Position numbers and translations under genes: made by a program. A model generated the notes under the pieces. It was not told where the DNA came from. It searched no databases and saw only the letters and a list, made by a program, of their open reading frames with translations. From positions 30,504,001 through 30,568,000 of the forward strand of contig OZ024759.1 in assembly GCA_964016885.1 (NCBI GenBank): 64,000 nt of DNA. Direction: 5' to 3'. Source of the DNA: Eledone cirrhosa (Eukaryota). Of this stretch, positions 39,373-54,630 are shown one piece after another; positions within the stretch are counted from its first letter, which is position 1, and every line of letters begins with the position of its first letter.

Positions 39373-40424
39373 TGGTGTAGGCGTATGGTGGGGGTATGGT
39401 TGGGTGGGGATAGTCAGAATGAAAGCAAGAAAAAATAAAACGTGAAATAATTCAAAAGAAATACAATGACAGAAAGAATGAACGAAAGAACGTGAAGTAA
39501 GGTAATAATAATGAAAAAAAAAAGAAAAAGAAAAAAGAACTGAAAAAAATAAATAGAATAAAAACGAAATTTAAAAACAAAGATGGCGAAGGATAAAAAT
39601 AACAACAAAAAAATAATTATAAAAATAAAAAAGAACAAAATATGAAATATTTAGAATAGTTAAATCTGTTGGGTATTTTTTTATTTTTTTTTATTTTTGC
39701 AGTTTTATTTATTTTTCATTATGTCTTAAAATATTTTTATGCTGGGATCTTTAGAAGAAATAGGGAAAAAAGGAATAAGATAAGGTATAGTAAAAACAAA
39801 AATATACATCAAAACAAAAAGCAATCTGTTATTTCCTTTTACTGAAATTTCATTATCCTCCTCCTCTATAATTTCCTGAAAATATACTTGAAAATGTCCC
39901 TCATTTGATCAAATGAAGTATTTTATTTCTCTCATTCCATAACAACAACCGACATTTCGCGGGGAATTTTCACTCTCCCTCTCATCTCATCTCCGAGTAT
40001 TTTCGCCCCACAGCTTTACATAAACAAATAAATAAATAAATAAATAAATATTAAAAAAAAACATGAATTAAAATTCCTTTTCTCCTCCTTAATTATATAT
40101 CTATACTTGGCTTCCGAGATTATTTCAAGAAAATCCATTATGAGCTGTGCATAGCTGTGAATAAGTGTGGTGTTCAAAATTTCCATAAAACTCAACAAAG
40201 ATATTCTAATATAGTGAAAATAGATGGTGTCACCATTACTTTATTACTTTAATATATGTTCCAGCTGATCGGCAGAGGCCATGCTGAGGCATAGCGATTT
40301 TTGTTGTGTTTTTTTTTTACCAAACAACAACCTTCAGATTGTACCTCAGAAGGTGACAGATGTTGTGATGTTCCTTGCTTGCTCAATTAGGATTCATATA
40401 TATATATATATATGGATCTTAATT

Positions 40425-40460
<36 letters not shown>

Positions 40461-40464
40461 GCAT

Positions 40465-40504
<40 letters not shown>

Positions 40505-40507
40505 TAT

Positions 40508-40616
40508 TTTTATTTTATAGAAGGAGCTTCTACAGGACTAGTACTGTTTCATTCAGATGAAATCTTCAGGAATGAAACAGTACTAGTCCTGTAGAAGCTC
40601 CTTCTATAAAATAAAA
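40508..40616. mobile_element. Family A element: 47-bp perfect inverted repeat around a hammerhead core
   Basis: Arms 40508-40554 and 40570-40616. Minus strand reads TTC-CTGAAGA-TTTCATCTGAAT-GAAACAG-TACTAGTC-CTGT-A-GAA. Followed by GTATTGAGTACC and (TA)n. Confidence 0.75.
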
Positions 40617-40685
40617 CATTTTTACTCTGCCATGTATTGAGTACCTTACTTACTGTGGTTATCGCCGACTCAACCCGGGACCTAC

Positions 40686-40719
<34 letters not shown>

Positions 40720-40726
<7 letters not shown>

Positions 40727-40880
40727 AGAGTCAGGACCCGGCAGCTGAGTTCTTCCCGTTTCAACAGCTAGTCCCAGACTAGAACTAGCTATTGAAACGG
40801 CAACAGCTCAGCCGTCGGGTCCTGACTCTTTATAATCTAACCATACTCTACTACACCAAGTATCAAGTACTCTGTTGAAT
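40720..40880. mobile_element. Family B-related element: imperfect inverted repeat of the hammerhead 3' half
   Basis: ATTATAAAGAGTCAGGACCCG...CGGGTCCTGACTCTTTATAAT (40720-40836) contains GAAACGGC..GCTCAGCCGTC-GGG and is followed by AAGTATCAAGTACTCTG. Confidence 0.65.
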
Positions 40881-41024
40881 AATGATCTAAACAGTTTCAA
40901 ACTGAATCCATCCTGTCATAATCATTTTATTAAGGCTAAATAATGAGACTTGTTACTCTGGGGTTTCGCCTGTTAATCAGATTTCTACAATATAACACAC
41001 ACACACACATATGTATATTATCTT

Positions 41025-41085
<61 letters not shown>

Positions 41086-41341
41086 TCTTGTGTGTGTTTG
41101 CTTGTGGATATGTATATATATATAACCTGTATGTATTTTCGTTGTTGTAATTACTTTTGTGGCATTTTCACCTACCCACAATTTTCAGTTTGTCACACCA
41201 TTAACGTATGTTTATTACTCTGAGCTTTAACTTATCGAATTATCAATATCATCTCATTGAGCGCTCGTCTAAGCTTCTGAGGATTGTTCTCTCTCGAGAT
41301 GCTAGCCGTAACTTCAACGTCTATTTTATTCACTATCATTG

Positions 41342-41386
<45 letters not shown>

Positions 41387-41482
41387 TTTACATATATATA
41401 TATACATACACATACATATACGTGTTTTGCAACTGGTCACTTTTTGGCTCAATGAAAAATTAATAAATTAAACAATCAGAGC

Positions 41483-41984
41483 TATATATCATAAAACATG
41501 TCTATAGAATCACAAGATAAAATATATACTATTTCCTCTCCCAATTAGCATAATTAACTATATAAAATATCGAATAGACCAGGCTATACGAATGAGGCTT
41601 CTATGAAAGAATCTCCAACAGATAACCAAAACTAGCGCTTCGCGTCGGCCGCATTGGAATATTTATCGAATATTTCGACAGCGTAATCGCCTAGATACAG
41701 TCAACTAAGCAGAATTAGGTTTAAAATAAACTAGTTTCTCCTAGTTTATTTTAAACCTAATTCTGCTTAGTTGACTGTATCTAGGCGATTACGCTGTCGA
41801 AATATTCGATAAATATTCCAATGCGGCCGACGCGAAGCGCTAGTTTTGGTTATCTGTTGGAGATTCTTTCATAGAAGCCTCATTCGTATAGCCTGGTCTA
41901 TTCGATTTTTTTATATAGTTAATTATGCTAATTGGGAGAGGAAATAGTATATATTTTATCTTGTGATTCTATAGACATGTTTTA

Positions 41985-41993
<9 letters not shown>
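41483..41993. repeat. Long inverted repeat, ~252-bp arms with 6-nt spacer
   Basis: Arms 41483-41734 and 41741-41993, spacer TTTCTC. Only one local difference seen, near 41905. Confidence 0.95.
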
Positions 41994-42020
<27 letters not shown>

Positions 42021-42041
42021 CGAGAGAGAGAGAGATAGATA

Positions 42042-42243
<202 letters not shown>

Positions 42244-43441
42244 CTTCTTATCATGGATAGTTTTAGCGTACGGTAATTTGAGTTTGTAAATTTGCCGGTT
42301 ACGCATATATTTATATTTTCTTTCAGTCTCTGAGGATATGATAGAGATAACATGTATTTTAAATTGAGTGGCACTACTTTTAGTGTTTAGCAATTTTTAG
42401 ACAACTCTATCAGTGAAACAATTGTTAGATTGTAAATAAATCTCCTTTTGTGTACTGTTGACCATGTTATTCTACACTTTTTCAATTTTATATATATATG
42501 TATGCATGTATGTATATATATATATCAGGATTTGTAGCAGTTTTATACTAGTAAGGCCATTATTCAGCAGAGTACTCGATACTTGTGATAGTAGAGTGAA
42601 AGAAATATATACATATATACATGTGTATGAGCGTGTGTGCGCGTATGTGTCCATGTATCTATATAAATCTGTCGTTCTGTATTTTTCAACATATATTGAG
42701 CGACACAATTTCAGCTGTTAAAATATATCAGGTTTATTCTTTAAAAACGACTTATAAGTTGTTTAAACTTCAGAGTTTATAGAGATAATGACAATAGATA
42801 GCATTAGCAGATAATACCTACATAGCTATAAGAATCGTATGATAAAACACCGTAATGTTACAATTTTAATTTACAGATGCTAGTTTCCATTAAGTCATTT
42901 TATCAATTGCGTAGTAGATTATGAGGTAACTAATGTGACGTAGACAATCGACATTTATGCATGTCATGGTGTAATGCACATCACAACCGCCATGGCCTCA
43001 CAGCTTCGTACAGACAAACATACACCCATACACATACACCTACATACGTGTGAGAACTGTATACATAATGTTTATTTCTCTTCCTCTAATACTTTATATA
43101 TATATATATGCGTGTGTGTTTGTGTGTGGGTGTGAGTGTATGTCTATATATATACACATATATATGTATATACACATATATGTGTATATATATATCCAAA
43201 ATTAATTAAATTAAATTAAATTAAGGGAGTCATGTCCGAGACATGTGCCATATCCACCATAGAATAAGCTCAAAGATTCCTTTCATTTTATATCAACTAG
43301 AAATTGATTGACATATATATATATATTTAAAATAAACACACGAAGCTCTGGTTAAACTGTAATTAGTTACCTACCTAGCTATGTGTGATTACACATTTTA
43401 CAAATGATCCCCTGTGTATATATATATATATATTTGGAAAA

Positions 43442-43549
43442 AGGAAAAGAATGACTTCACTTGTAGTTCTAAACAATTTGATTCAATTTTATAATATTAT
43501 AAAATTAAATTAAATTGTTTAGAACTACAAGTGAAGTCATTCTTTTCCT
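43442..43549. repeat. 108-bp spacerless palindrome with two mismatches
   Basis: AGGAAAAGAATGACTTCACTTGTAGTTCTAAACAATTT...ATAAT|ATTAT...AAATTGTTTAGAACTACAAGTGAAGTCATTCTTTTCCT. Confidence 0.9.
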
Positions 43550-43977
43550 ATCTTGAACAACAGCTTTCAGATGTTCGGGTTCGATCTAATACTCTCTTGC
43601 TTCGAATTATTATTTTTTTATTTCCTAGCCGTTTGTATAACATTTTCAACACCAAAAAAATATAAATCAATGCCTGCCCTGCTCCATGTCTTCAATTTCG
43701 TTCATTTATTGTAATATATAAAATATCGATTCAGGCTGGACTGTTGTTTGGCAGAGAGTGTTGGTAAGTAAACGCTGGCAAGATGTAAGTAGACTAGAAA
43801 TCACTGGCTTGTTTCGCGGCTAATAGAACAGAGAATAAACAAATACCTGTTCGATTATAGTGTTCGGCAGATTTTGATGGACAGTAATTTGTAAGAAGAG
43901 GCGAGCAGATGTAATAAATAAGTAGTAGAGAACGTAACAGATTTAATATCGTCTGCTTTTTATTTTTTCTCTTGCAG

Positions 43978-44039
43978 ATACGTCAAGCAAAAACGGCCAT
44001 AAATATCGGAGCAGATAGAAAGGCGATCTTTAAATATAT
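43978..44039 (+). other. Possible 62-nt host exon
   Basis: Polypyrimidine acceptor TTTTTTCTCTTGCAG and donor GTAAGT. One open frame, IRQAKTAINIGADRKAIFKY. No recognisable homology. Confidence 0.3.
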
Positions 44040-44140
44040 GTAAGTAAAATATATATTTTTTTATTGATTTTTCTTTCTATATTTTTCCTCTTACTAGATT
44101 GATACAATGATACAAGAAAAATGTAGACGGTATGGATGTA

Positions 44141-44192
<52 letters not shown>

Positions 44193-44578
44193 TCATCATC
44201 ATCGTCGTCATCTGTGTCCTAATCTAGATGCAGACAGTTGTTGTGACAAAGCTTGTGATTCTCAGCAGATCATAATGGCAAAAAAAAAAAATTCAATAAA
44301 AGAAACCTCGCCGAAAACATGGCTCTATTTTACGTCATCAGCGATCATTAACAGTATATCTCTACTTTACTTCTGTAATTTTATGTCAAACTTTCACTCG
44401 AGCTTAACTCCAAAAATGTTAATTTTTTTTTGTTCCTGTGTTGTTTCTCTTCCTGCTTTCCTGTGTTTTTTTTTTCTTCCCATAACTAGCGACTGTAAGA
44501 ACGTGACAACCTTTCAATGGTTCATACATGTAATTACCGTTTGTCCATTCATATATACATGGTTATACGTATATATAA

Positions 44579-44613
<35 letters not shown>

Positions 44614-44617
<4 letters not shown>

Positions 44618-44808
44618 GGAAATGTGGGAAGGAACCAGATTGACCATAACGCACCAAAGTACTCAATACTTAGGGTAGTAGATGGGTAATAGGAACAAGT
44701 AGGACCCCGACGGCTGAGCTCAAGCCGTTTCGACGGGTAATTCTGGACTAAATAAAAATGTTTAGCCTGGTAAATGAATAGCCGAACTTCTCAGGGGTCC
44801 TACTTGTT

Positions 44809-44812
<4 letters not shown>
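44614..44812 (-). mobile_element. Family B pLTR-like element with near-complete hammerhead fold and 19-bp perfect stem I
   Basis: Minus strand TAGGAACAAGTAGGACCCC-TGAGAA-GTTCGGCTATT...AATTACCCGTC-GAAACGGCT-TGAGCTC-AGCCGT-C-GGGGTCCTACTTGTTCCTA. (TA)n on both flanks. Confidence 0.75.
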
Positions 44813-44868
<56 letters not shown>

Positions 44869-44953
44869 TATATATATGCACTGGCATTGCTTGTTCAGGA
44901 TATGTTACAGGTTCGTGTGGCTGGCTGTAGCCTAAAGGTACAGAATTATTATT

Positions 44954-45376
44954 AGGGCGGGTGTATTGGCAGTATCGGTAGAGGGTCGGACGCCATTCTT
45001 TCCTGCATAGTGTTACGGCCTTTTATGATCTGAGTTCAAATCGCGCCGAGGTTAACTTTGCCTTTCATCTTTACGGGGGTTGATAAAATAAAGTACCAGT
45101 CACGCAATGGGGTCGATTTAATCAACTTTCCTCACTCGCAAAATTACTGGCCTTGTGCCTATATAAGAAACCATTATTTTATAAAGGGCGGTGGTTTGGC
45201 AGTATCGGTAGTGTCGGATACCATGCTTTGCAGCATAGAGTTACGGTCCTTTACTTTCTGAGTTCAAATCCCGCCGAGGTTAACTTTGCCTTTCATCCTT
45301 ACGGGGTCGATAAAATAAAGTACCAGTAATGCACTGGATAATTGCTGGCCTTGTGCCTAAAGTGGAAACAATTATT
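44954..45376 (+). mobile_element. Head-to-tail dimer of SINE family 1 (long-tail then short-tail variant)
   Basis: Units start at about 44954 (after ATTATTATTA) and 45186, each with A-box, B-box, central domain and tail. Confidence 0.9.
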
Positions 45377-45950
45377 TCAGAAAACTTTATTATTTTTTCT
45401 AACGACACAAGGTAAGATATTACCGAATAGAACATGGAACGGTAAACAACTCTAATTAATAAATTGCACATAACTGTTGAGCAGTATGACTTCCATTGTG
45501 TATTTTCAATATATGCCCAATTGCTGAACAAATTAGCAACTTTACCGTATGGTTACTCTCTACACATTATCGTTTCTCAGGAATTGATATTTTCTGATCG
45601 TATAAAGAGAACACTTAGGGCGATATTTCTTGAACACTTCCTGCTACTGCTGCTACTGTTGTTGTTGTTGCTGTTGTTGTTCTTATTGTTGTTTTTCTTC
45701 TTCCTGTTCATCATCATCACCGTCGTCATCTTCTTCTTCTTCTTCTTCTTCTTCTTCTTCTTCTTCTTCTTCTTCTTCTTCTTCTTCTTCTTCTTCTTCT
45801 TCTTCTTCTTCATCATCACAATCTTCATCTTTTTCTTCTTCCTGTTCCTCATCATCATCATCTCCCCCTCCTCCCTCCATCCATACGGTATGTTGATATT
45901 ATAGCCAGAGGCATATCTCTTGTGACAGAACAATAACGTACATTACACAA

Positions 45951-45988
<38 letters not shown>

Positions 45989-46108
45989 ATCACACACGCA
46001 CACACATATATATATATATACTTACATACACATATATCCTCCTATATTCTCATATATATGCATACCCATACATCCATCTTCCTTCCTGTCTATATATATA
46101 TATCTGCT

Positions 46109-46536
46109 TAATAATAATAATAATTGTTTCTACTATTGGCACAAGGCCAGCAAATACCCAGTACATTACTGGTACTTTATTTTATCGACCCCGTAAGGAT
46201 GAAAGGCAAAGTTAACCTCGGCGGGATTTGAACTCAGAATGGAAAGGGCCGTAACTCTATGCGTCAAAGCATGGCGTCCGACCCTCTACCTGTACTGCCA
46301 ATTCATCTGTTGAATGGTTTAATGGTTTCTAATTTAGGCACAAGGCCAACAATTTTGGGGGAGAGTATAGTGTCGATATAACATCTGTCAGAGCAGAAGA
46401 GTTTCGAATGATAGTAATAATTGTTTCTGCTTTTGGCACAAGGCCAGCAATTATCCCAGTGCATTACTGGTACTTTAGTTTATCGACCCCGTAAGAATGA
46501 AAGGCAAAGTTAACCCCGGCAGGATTTGAACTCAGA
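46109..46536 (-). mobile_element. Cluster of SINE family 1 copies: one near-complete with (ATT)5 tail, one tail fragment, one 5'-truncated
   Basis: Reverse-complement matches at about 46109-46301, 46321-46380 and 46415-46536. Confidence 0.85.
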
Positions 46537-46685
46537 CGACAGAAAAAATAATAATGGGGCATAACCTAACGAAAGACGGACACAGTAACAGTATTGTGTG
46601 CTTCGACCAGCGTCGCCGCTAGTAACTACAAGGTACCCACCTAACACACACACACACAAACACACACATACACACACACACATAC

Positions 46686-46720
<35 letters not shown>

Positions 46721-47403
46721 ATATTATTTATTCATTCCCACACACGGAACGAAAGCGATACCCAAGGTTTCAAGGTCCAAATTTGACCAAACCTCTAAAA
46801 TGTGTCTTATCGGATAGGCTGTCCGATTTACGAACTTGATGTTGCGGGTTTATTTGGTAAACCTAAAGTTGAGTTATGTTCTTGAGCAAGATGCTTTGTT
46901 TCACATTGCTCATTAAATGATGGAGCTAGGGTCTATATCGTCAAGATTCCAGAGAAAAACAAAACGTCTTTATGAGATACAATCACGTAGGAGGCTAGCT
47001 AAACCTGCAAAGATGTGAGCTGTAAAAATAAAATAAAAAATATAGAAAACTCCGCCATATTAAACTTTTTGCGTTGTGCACTCTTTTGTAAATATTTAGG
47101 CCATTTCTGCGGTTTGATTAAAATTAAAGCCTCCACCAGACTCGGGTGTCCTGATATTGTGTCTAAGCATGACCTTTCTATTCCTGAAATTGGGTATGAA
47201 CATGGTCTTTACTTTTCCGGAATATTCTGTAAAATCTAAACAAAACAATAAATGAAAGCTGTTGTAAATACAAGCACTTACATGTCACATGTTGACACCG
47301 TTTGCCATACACAATGAAGATAAATATACAACACAACACACACATGATACGACATAAACAAATATAATACAACACACACACACACACATATATATATAAT
47401 ACA

Positions 47404-47436
<33 letters not shown>

Positions 47437-49219
47437 ACAGAAGACACAAACATACATATAATACGAGACACACAGATATAATAGATACACACACATATAC
47501 ATATGATATGAGACACACACATATACATATATAATACTACGCACACACACACACACACTTATACAATAGGAGACACATACCTACAATACCACACACATGC
47601 ACACACATATACAATACGACTCACACATACACATATACAAACACACACACATACAAACACACACATACAAACACACACACACAGAGAAATGTCTCATGAT
47701 ACGTTTAACCTACAAAACAACCTCCTCATTGAAAAATCTAAAATGGCGCCTAGATTTCCGTTTACTAGACACCGAGTTTTGACCCAGTTCTCTTTCAGTT
47801 CAATGCGCTTATCGATAGTTATCATGTTATTTTGAAGGGCAATGTTCACATTGACTCTACAATTTGTTGTCTAATTTGTTTGATTTGGTTTGTTTTGACT
47901 TGTATATGTTATCATAAACGTTGTTCTCGGCTTTTGTTTAAAAAGATTTTTTTATTATCTGTGTGTGTAGGGGAAGGTGGTATGTGGAGAGGCGTGTTAG
48001 GGGGTGGATGGTTGGTGTGGAGGGGGTGCGTGGTGGAGAATGAGTATGGAGGGAAGCGTGAAGTGGGTTCGTGGAGAACGTTGTTCTTGGCTTTTGTTTA
48101 AAAAGATCTTTTTTATCTGTTTGTGTTGGGAGGTGGTGGAGGGTGTGTGGGGGGGAGGAGCATGGAGGGGGTGGTTGGATTTCGAGGGGGGGTTTTGTGG
48201 TGAAGGAGCATGGAGGGTGCTAGGAGGTGGAGGTGGTGCTTGGAAAAGCGTGGAGGATGGTTGGAGCATGGAAGGTGGTTGGAGGAGCATGGAAGGTGCT
48301 AAGAGGTGGAGGTGTTGGAGCGTGGAAGGTGATTGGAGTTGGGGGGTGGTTCCAGGAACGTGGCGGGGGCTAGGCGGTGGAGGAGGAGCTTGAAGGGAGC
48401 TAGGAGATGTAGGTGGTGGAGAAATGTGGGAGGTTGTTGGAAGTGAAAGAGCGAAATTTCTATCGCCAAACAACAAAAGCGATAAACCACAAGACAATTG
48501 CACGAAGGAGAAACAAAATGTTTCTCTGAATCGGCGTTTAATGGACACCACATTATAAACAATATTAATTACTATTTAGTCTGGTGAGTGACCTACTGTA
48601 TATGGTAATTAAAGTAGTAGTGTATGAGGTAGTATAGGTGGGGCTGTAGATGGTAGTGTATATGGTTAGTTAAAGTGTAAGCTGTGTAGTGTAGGGGGTA
48701 GTGTAGGTGGTAAGGTGAAGAACAAGACTGAGTTATGTGGTGTTGGGTGTTAGGTAAAATACAAGAAGGTGTGTTGTAGTGTATGTGGTTAGATGAAGAA
48801 CAAGCTGTGTTGTAGTGTAGGTGATAGTGTAGTTGATGAGGGGAAGAATAATTACAGTGACAATTCTGGTGGTAAACTGTCTTTGATTAACGTGCACGTA
48901 GCTGAGCATTCCACGGGCAATTGTGTCATTGAAAGGGAGTAATACCACGACGCTCTGACAATTCTGCCTTTGATGGGTACTTTGTTCTATCGATCTAGAA
49001 AGGATGAAAAGTAAAATTGAGGTTTCGGGGCCTTTATTTTATTGATTCTGAAAATCGACCCGGCGGAGCAATTGAACTCAGAACGCAGTGAACTGGGAAG
49101 AAATACTTCACCGTCTGCCAACTTGTAGCAATCAACACCTAGAATTTAACACAACAACGATCAATAGAAATGTAACCACCATGTTTGTAACTATTATTAT
49201 CATCACCAATCCTAACATT

Positions 49220-50840
49220 AACCACCACCACTGCTACAACAACAACTACCAGACATAATAACAAGAACCACTTCCACTACCACGACGACTACAACAAGAA
49301 GCACCACCGACCCTAAAAACAACCACTACCACCAACACCACCACCACCACCCCAACAACAAGAACCAAGCGACAACAACCACCACCACCGCACATAATAA
49401 TAACTACAACCACCACCAACAACAACAACAACAACAACCACCACCTCCACCTCCACCACCACCACCACCACCGCCACCTACAACAACAACAACAACAACA
49501 ACAAAACTCACCACCACCGCCACCATCAACACCACCACCACCACCGCCATCACCACAACCACCACCACCACCAACAACCACTACCACCACCACCGCCACC
49601 ATCAACAACAACATCAACAACAACAACAAAAACGATAACACCAACAACCACCACCACAACCTCCACCACCACCACCACCACCGCCACCTACAACAACAAC
49701 AGCAACAACAAAACTCACCACCACCGCTACCATCAACACCACCACCACCACCGCCATCACCAGAACCACCACCACCAACAACAACCACTACCACCACCAC
49801 CGCCGCCATCAACAACAACATCAACAACAACAACGATAACACCAACAACCACCACCACAACCATCCCGCCCTAAAAAAAAAACATCAACAACAATAATAC
49901 ACTACAACCACCACCACCAGCCCAACAACAACAACAACGATAACACCAACAACAACCACCACCACAACCTTCGCCCCCCCCAAAAAAAAACATCAACAAC
50001 AACAACAACACCGACAAAAACCACCACAAACAACAACAACAAGAACTGCTACAACAACAACAATAATTACGACCGGCAACAATGTATTCTTCCTACTGAT
50101 TAATGTAATTACAACTTTCCTACTGTCAACAACAACACCAACACCACCACCCACCTCCACCAATGACACTAACAACAACAACAACAACAACAACACCCAC
50201 CTCCACCACCAATGACAATAACAACAACAACACCCACCACCATTACCACCACTATCATCACCACCTTCACCACCACCAACGACAATAACAACAACACCCA
50301 CCACCAGCAACAACAACACCCACCACCATTACCACCACTATCATCACCACCTTCACCACCACCAACGACAATAACAACAACACCCACCACCAGCAACAAC
50401 AACACCACCATCACCAACACCACCAACGACAATAACCACAACAATACCCACCATCAACAACAAAAATAACAACAACACCCACTTCCACCCCACCATCGTC
50501 ACCACCAACGACAATAACAACAAATCCACCACCACAATCATCACCACCACCAACACCAACGACAATAACAACGACATCCACAACCACCACCACCATCACC
50601 ACTACCAACACCAACGACAATAACAACAACATCCACCACCACCACCAACAACAACAACATCCACCACCATCACCACTACCAACACCAACAACAACAACAA
50701 CAACAACCAATAACGACATTCACCACCACCATCACTACGACCAACGACGATAACAACATCGTCCACCACCACCACCACCAACGACAACAACAACAACTAC
50801 AACAACAACAACAACAACAACAACGACTACCAACAACAAC
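49220..50840. repeat. (AAC/ACC)n low-complexity tract with internal block duplications
   Basis: Blocks such as CCACCGCCACCTACAACAAC...AAAACTCACCACCACCG and CACCATTACCACCACTATCATCACCACCTTCACC each occur twice. Confidence 0.9.
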
Positions 50841-51633
50841 AGCTATCATAAAATATCAAATGACAAATAAGCTTCTGAAGATTTAAAAAAAATCGCCGCC
50901 ATTTTGTTTTTTTTCTCTTTTCCTCTGATGGGAATTTTTATCTTATTTTTCCGCCATTTTGTTTTGTTTCTTTTTTCAGAATTTAAATCTGAAATATTAT
51001 ATGAAGTTATCCCTTAGTTTTATTCCTGTATTACTATATTTCTCTCAGTCTTTTGTAATATCATGTTTTCCTTGCTTTAAAATATCCAAAGAAAAAAAAA
51101 TACTTGATAATATTTCTTTGATTTTCCACGAAAAAAAAAACCTAAAAGATGAAAAAAATATTCGTTTCTTATTAATAATCTTTTTTTTTTAATATTTATA
51201 TATTTATCATTTTAATTTTTATTCAGATTGGAAAAAATATATAAATATATAAAGAAGAAATTATTTTAAAATATTATAAAATATTACATAGAATAAAAAA
51301 AATCAAGAGAAATAAAATAAAATGATATGAAATGAAATGAAAGAAAAACGAATGTTTCCCAGATTAAGGATTGAGTTGTAGCTTTGAAATTTAAAAGATT
51401 AATAAATACATGAACGGTATAAACGACAATGTGAAGAAATAGTACACATTTCTGATTAGATGTATTTGTAGCCATTTTTATTTTTTTATTATTTACAAAA
51501 GTATTGTTTGTCAGGGTTGTAAAGATTAAGGCGAACTGTCACGCATGAAGATAAATAGCTTGATAGGTGTATAGGTGTATAGGTGTATAGGTGTATACAT
51601 ACATATATATATATATATATATATTTATTCAGT

Positions 51634-51704
<71 letters not shown>

Positions 51705-51707
51705 CTG

Positions 51708-51740
<33 letters not shown>

Positions 51741-51772
51741 ATGTACTGAATATATATATATGTATGTATGTA

Positions 51773-51818
<46 letters not shown>

Positions 51819-52159
51819 ATGTGAGTGTATGTACTGGGTGTATATATATATATAACCAAAGATTAGTATGGTTCGTTGATAACTCAGCGAATAAAATTTT
51901 ACAATAGATTAGAAGCATTCAACAATTTTCCTGGAGTTTTTATTATTCAAAATGTTAACAAATGAAAAATATTCACATAATCAAAATATATACTTTATTA
52001 TACATATTTCAAAGGTAATATATACATATATATATATATATATGTATGTACTATATACATATATATATTACTCCTTTACTCTATTACCTGTTCCAGCCAT
52101 CCGGTTAAGGCCATGCTGGGACACCGCCCTTGGTCATATATATATGTATATATATATCG

Positions 52160-52645
52160 GTTGATCTCACTTGTTTCATCTGGCTTGCTTGGTCTCGCTT
52201 GGCTGGTCTTACTTGATTGGCCTCGCTTGATTTGGTTGGTCTCACTTGCTTAGTCTCGCTTGGCTGATCAGCCCTTGGTCGATCTTACTTGTTTGGTCTT
52301 GCTTAGTTGATCTCCGTGGGTTGGTCTCACTTGGTTGATCTCGCTGGGTTGGTCTCACTTGGTTGGTCTCACTTGGCTGGTCTTGTTTAGTTACTGTCGC
52401 TTGTTTAGTCTCATTTGGTTGGTCTTGGTTGGTTATGCTTATTTGGTCTCGCTTAGTTAGTCTTGCTTGGTTGGTCTCGCTTAATTAGTCTCGCTTGGTT
52501 GGTCTCATTTAATTGGTTTCGCTTGCTTGGTCTCAGTTGCTTAGACTCGCGTGGTTGATCTCACTTGATATGTCTCTGTTGGTTTGTTTCGATTTACCGG
52601 GCTTGGTTCGTTTCACTAGGTTGGTCTGATTTGGCTGATATCTTT
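52160..52645. repeat. Degenerate ~14-bp minisatellite (TTGGTTGGTCTCRC)n
   Basis: Many variants of TTGGTTGGTCTCAC or TTGGTTGGTCTCGC in tandem. Confidence 0.85.
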
Positions 52646-53431
52646 TGAACGGTCTCGCTTGGATCATTTGGAAACTGTTACTTTCGATATGACCCTCTGG
52701 AAGGCGTGTCTGCCCCCATGAGCTTCTCAAGAAGCCAAAAGGGAGAACCAAGAGAAGAAGAAGATGAATGGAAAGTCCTATAGAAATATTGTTTCCTTGG
52801 GCTCATCTGAAGATCTGTTCCTTTCCATTCCTTGTACAGATAACTACATAGACAAAGACTCCCACTCTCACTCGCTCTCTCTCGCTCATGTGCTCTCACT
52901 CGTTTTTTTTCTTCGGCTCGCATCGGCTCAATCTCTAAAACCCGTTCTACATTGATCTTTCGGAGAATTTCAAAGGTAGTGAAAACAAAAAAACACACAA
53001 ACAAACAAGCAAACAAAATGAAAATAAAATTGAAAAAAATATGTTTGGAGAAAAAATCCTTAAAGTAGAACTTGTGTGAAAACATGGCAATTTCATATAA
53101 TGTTTCCTAAAAAATATCACCTGGAGACAAAATATAATTACTAATATATTGTCAGGTAAAGGGAAGATATACTGTTATCTCAAATTATTGATTATTTTTA
53201 TTGTTTTATTTTCTAGCGAACACAAATAAAGAGATAGACGAGAAAAAAGTGTATAATATAGTTTCAGAGGAGAGCAAGAGATTATTGGAATATGAGGGAT
53301 ATATGGTTGGTTTGTTGTGATAAATTACACACTTCGTAACACTCTTTTGACTTATATATGTAGATATGTATGTGTGTGTGTGTATGTGCATGTATATATA
53401 TATATATGTGTGTGTGCATATATGTGTCTGC

Positions 53432-53469
<38 letters not shown>

Positions 53470-53508
53470 GTTATTCCGGGTTGAATCGGAGGTAACCATC
53501 TATATTAA

Positions 53509-53560
<52 letters not shown>

Positions 53561-53777
53561 TTATATATATATATACACATTATATACATATATATATATG
53601 TATATAATGTGTGTATATAAAAGAATATATATATATATATATACGCACATATATATGTTTATCTATATCTTTTTCTATCTCTCCACACGTATATATAATT
53701 ATATGTAGTTATGTAATAAGCAACGATAATTATTTCATTTATATATATATATATATATGTGTGTGTATATATATATG

Positions 53778-53858
<81 letters not shown>

Positions 53859-53898
53859 ATATATATATGTATGTATATATATATATATATATATACAC

Positions 53899-53965
<67 letters not shown>

Positions 53966-53968
53966 TAC

Positions 53969-54019
<51 letters not shown>

Positions 54020-54046
54020 CATACATATATACATATATATATATAT

Positions 54047-54250
<204 letters not shown>

Positions 54251-54567
54251 TTACGCTGACACTGGAAAAATAGAATAGATAACATTTTGGACAGAGACAG
54301 GAAAGAACGACAACATCAATAACATCAACATCAAAAAAGTGACGAAAAACTGGTAGAATAGTAGAATGAACGGATGAAAGTGCGGAGGAGAGGAATAATG
54401 ATGTGGTTTGGTTTTTTCTCTGTTACCATGGTTACAACATGGTGGAAGTGAGAGAGAGAAGCTTCTAACAGAGAACATCAGGTTTCGGTGGTATCATTAA
54501 ATAGACTGGAGATTGTAGAAGTGTAGCGATGTTTAGATACATATGTATGTTTTAAAAGATAGTTAGC

Positions 54568-54630
<63 letters not shown>

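Noticed and set aside
47997-48551. Pro-rich or Gly/Trp-rich ORFs
   Set aside because: Derived from a degenerate GGA/TGG-rich tandem repeat.
52678-53085. 135-aa minus-strand ORF
   Set aside because: Partly low-complexity, with no domain and no convincing exon boundaries.
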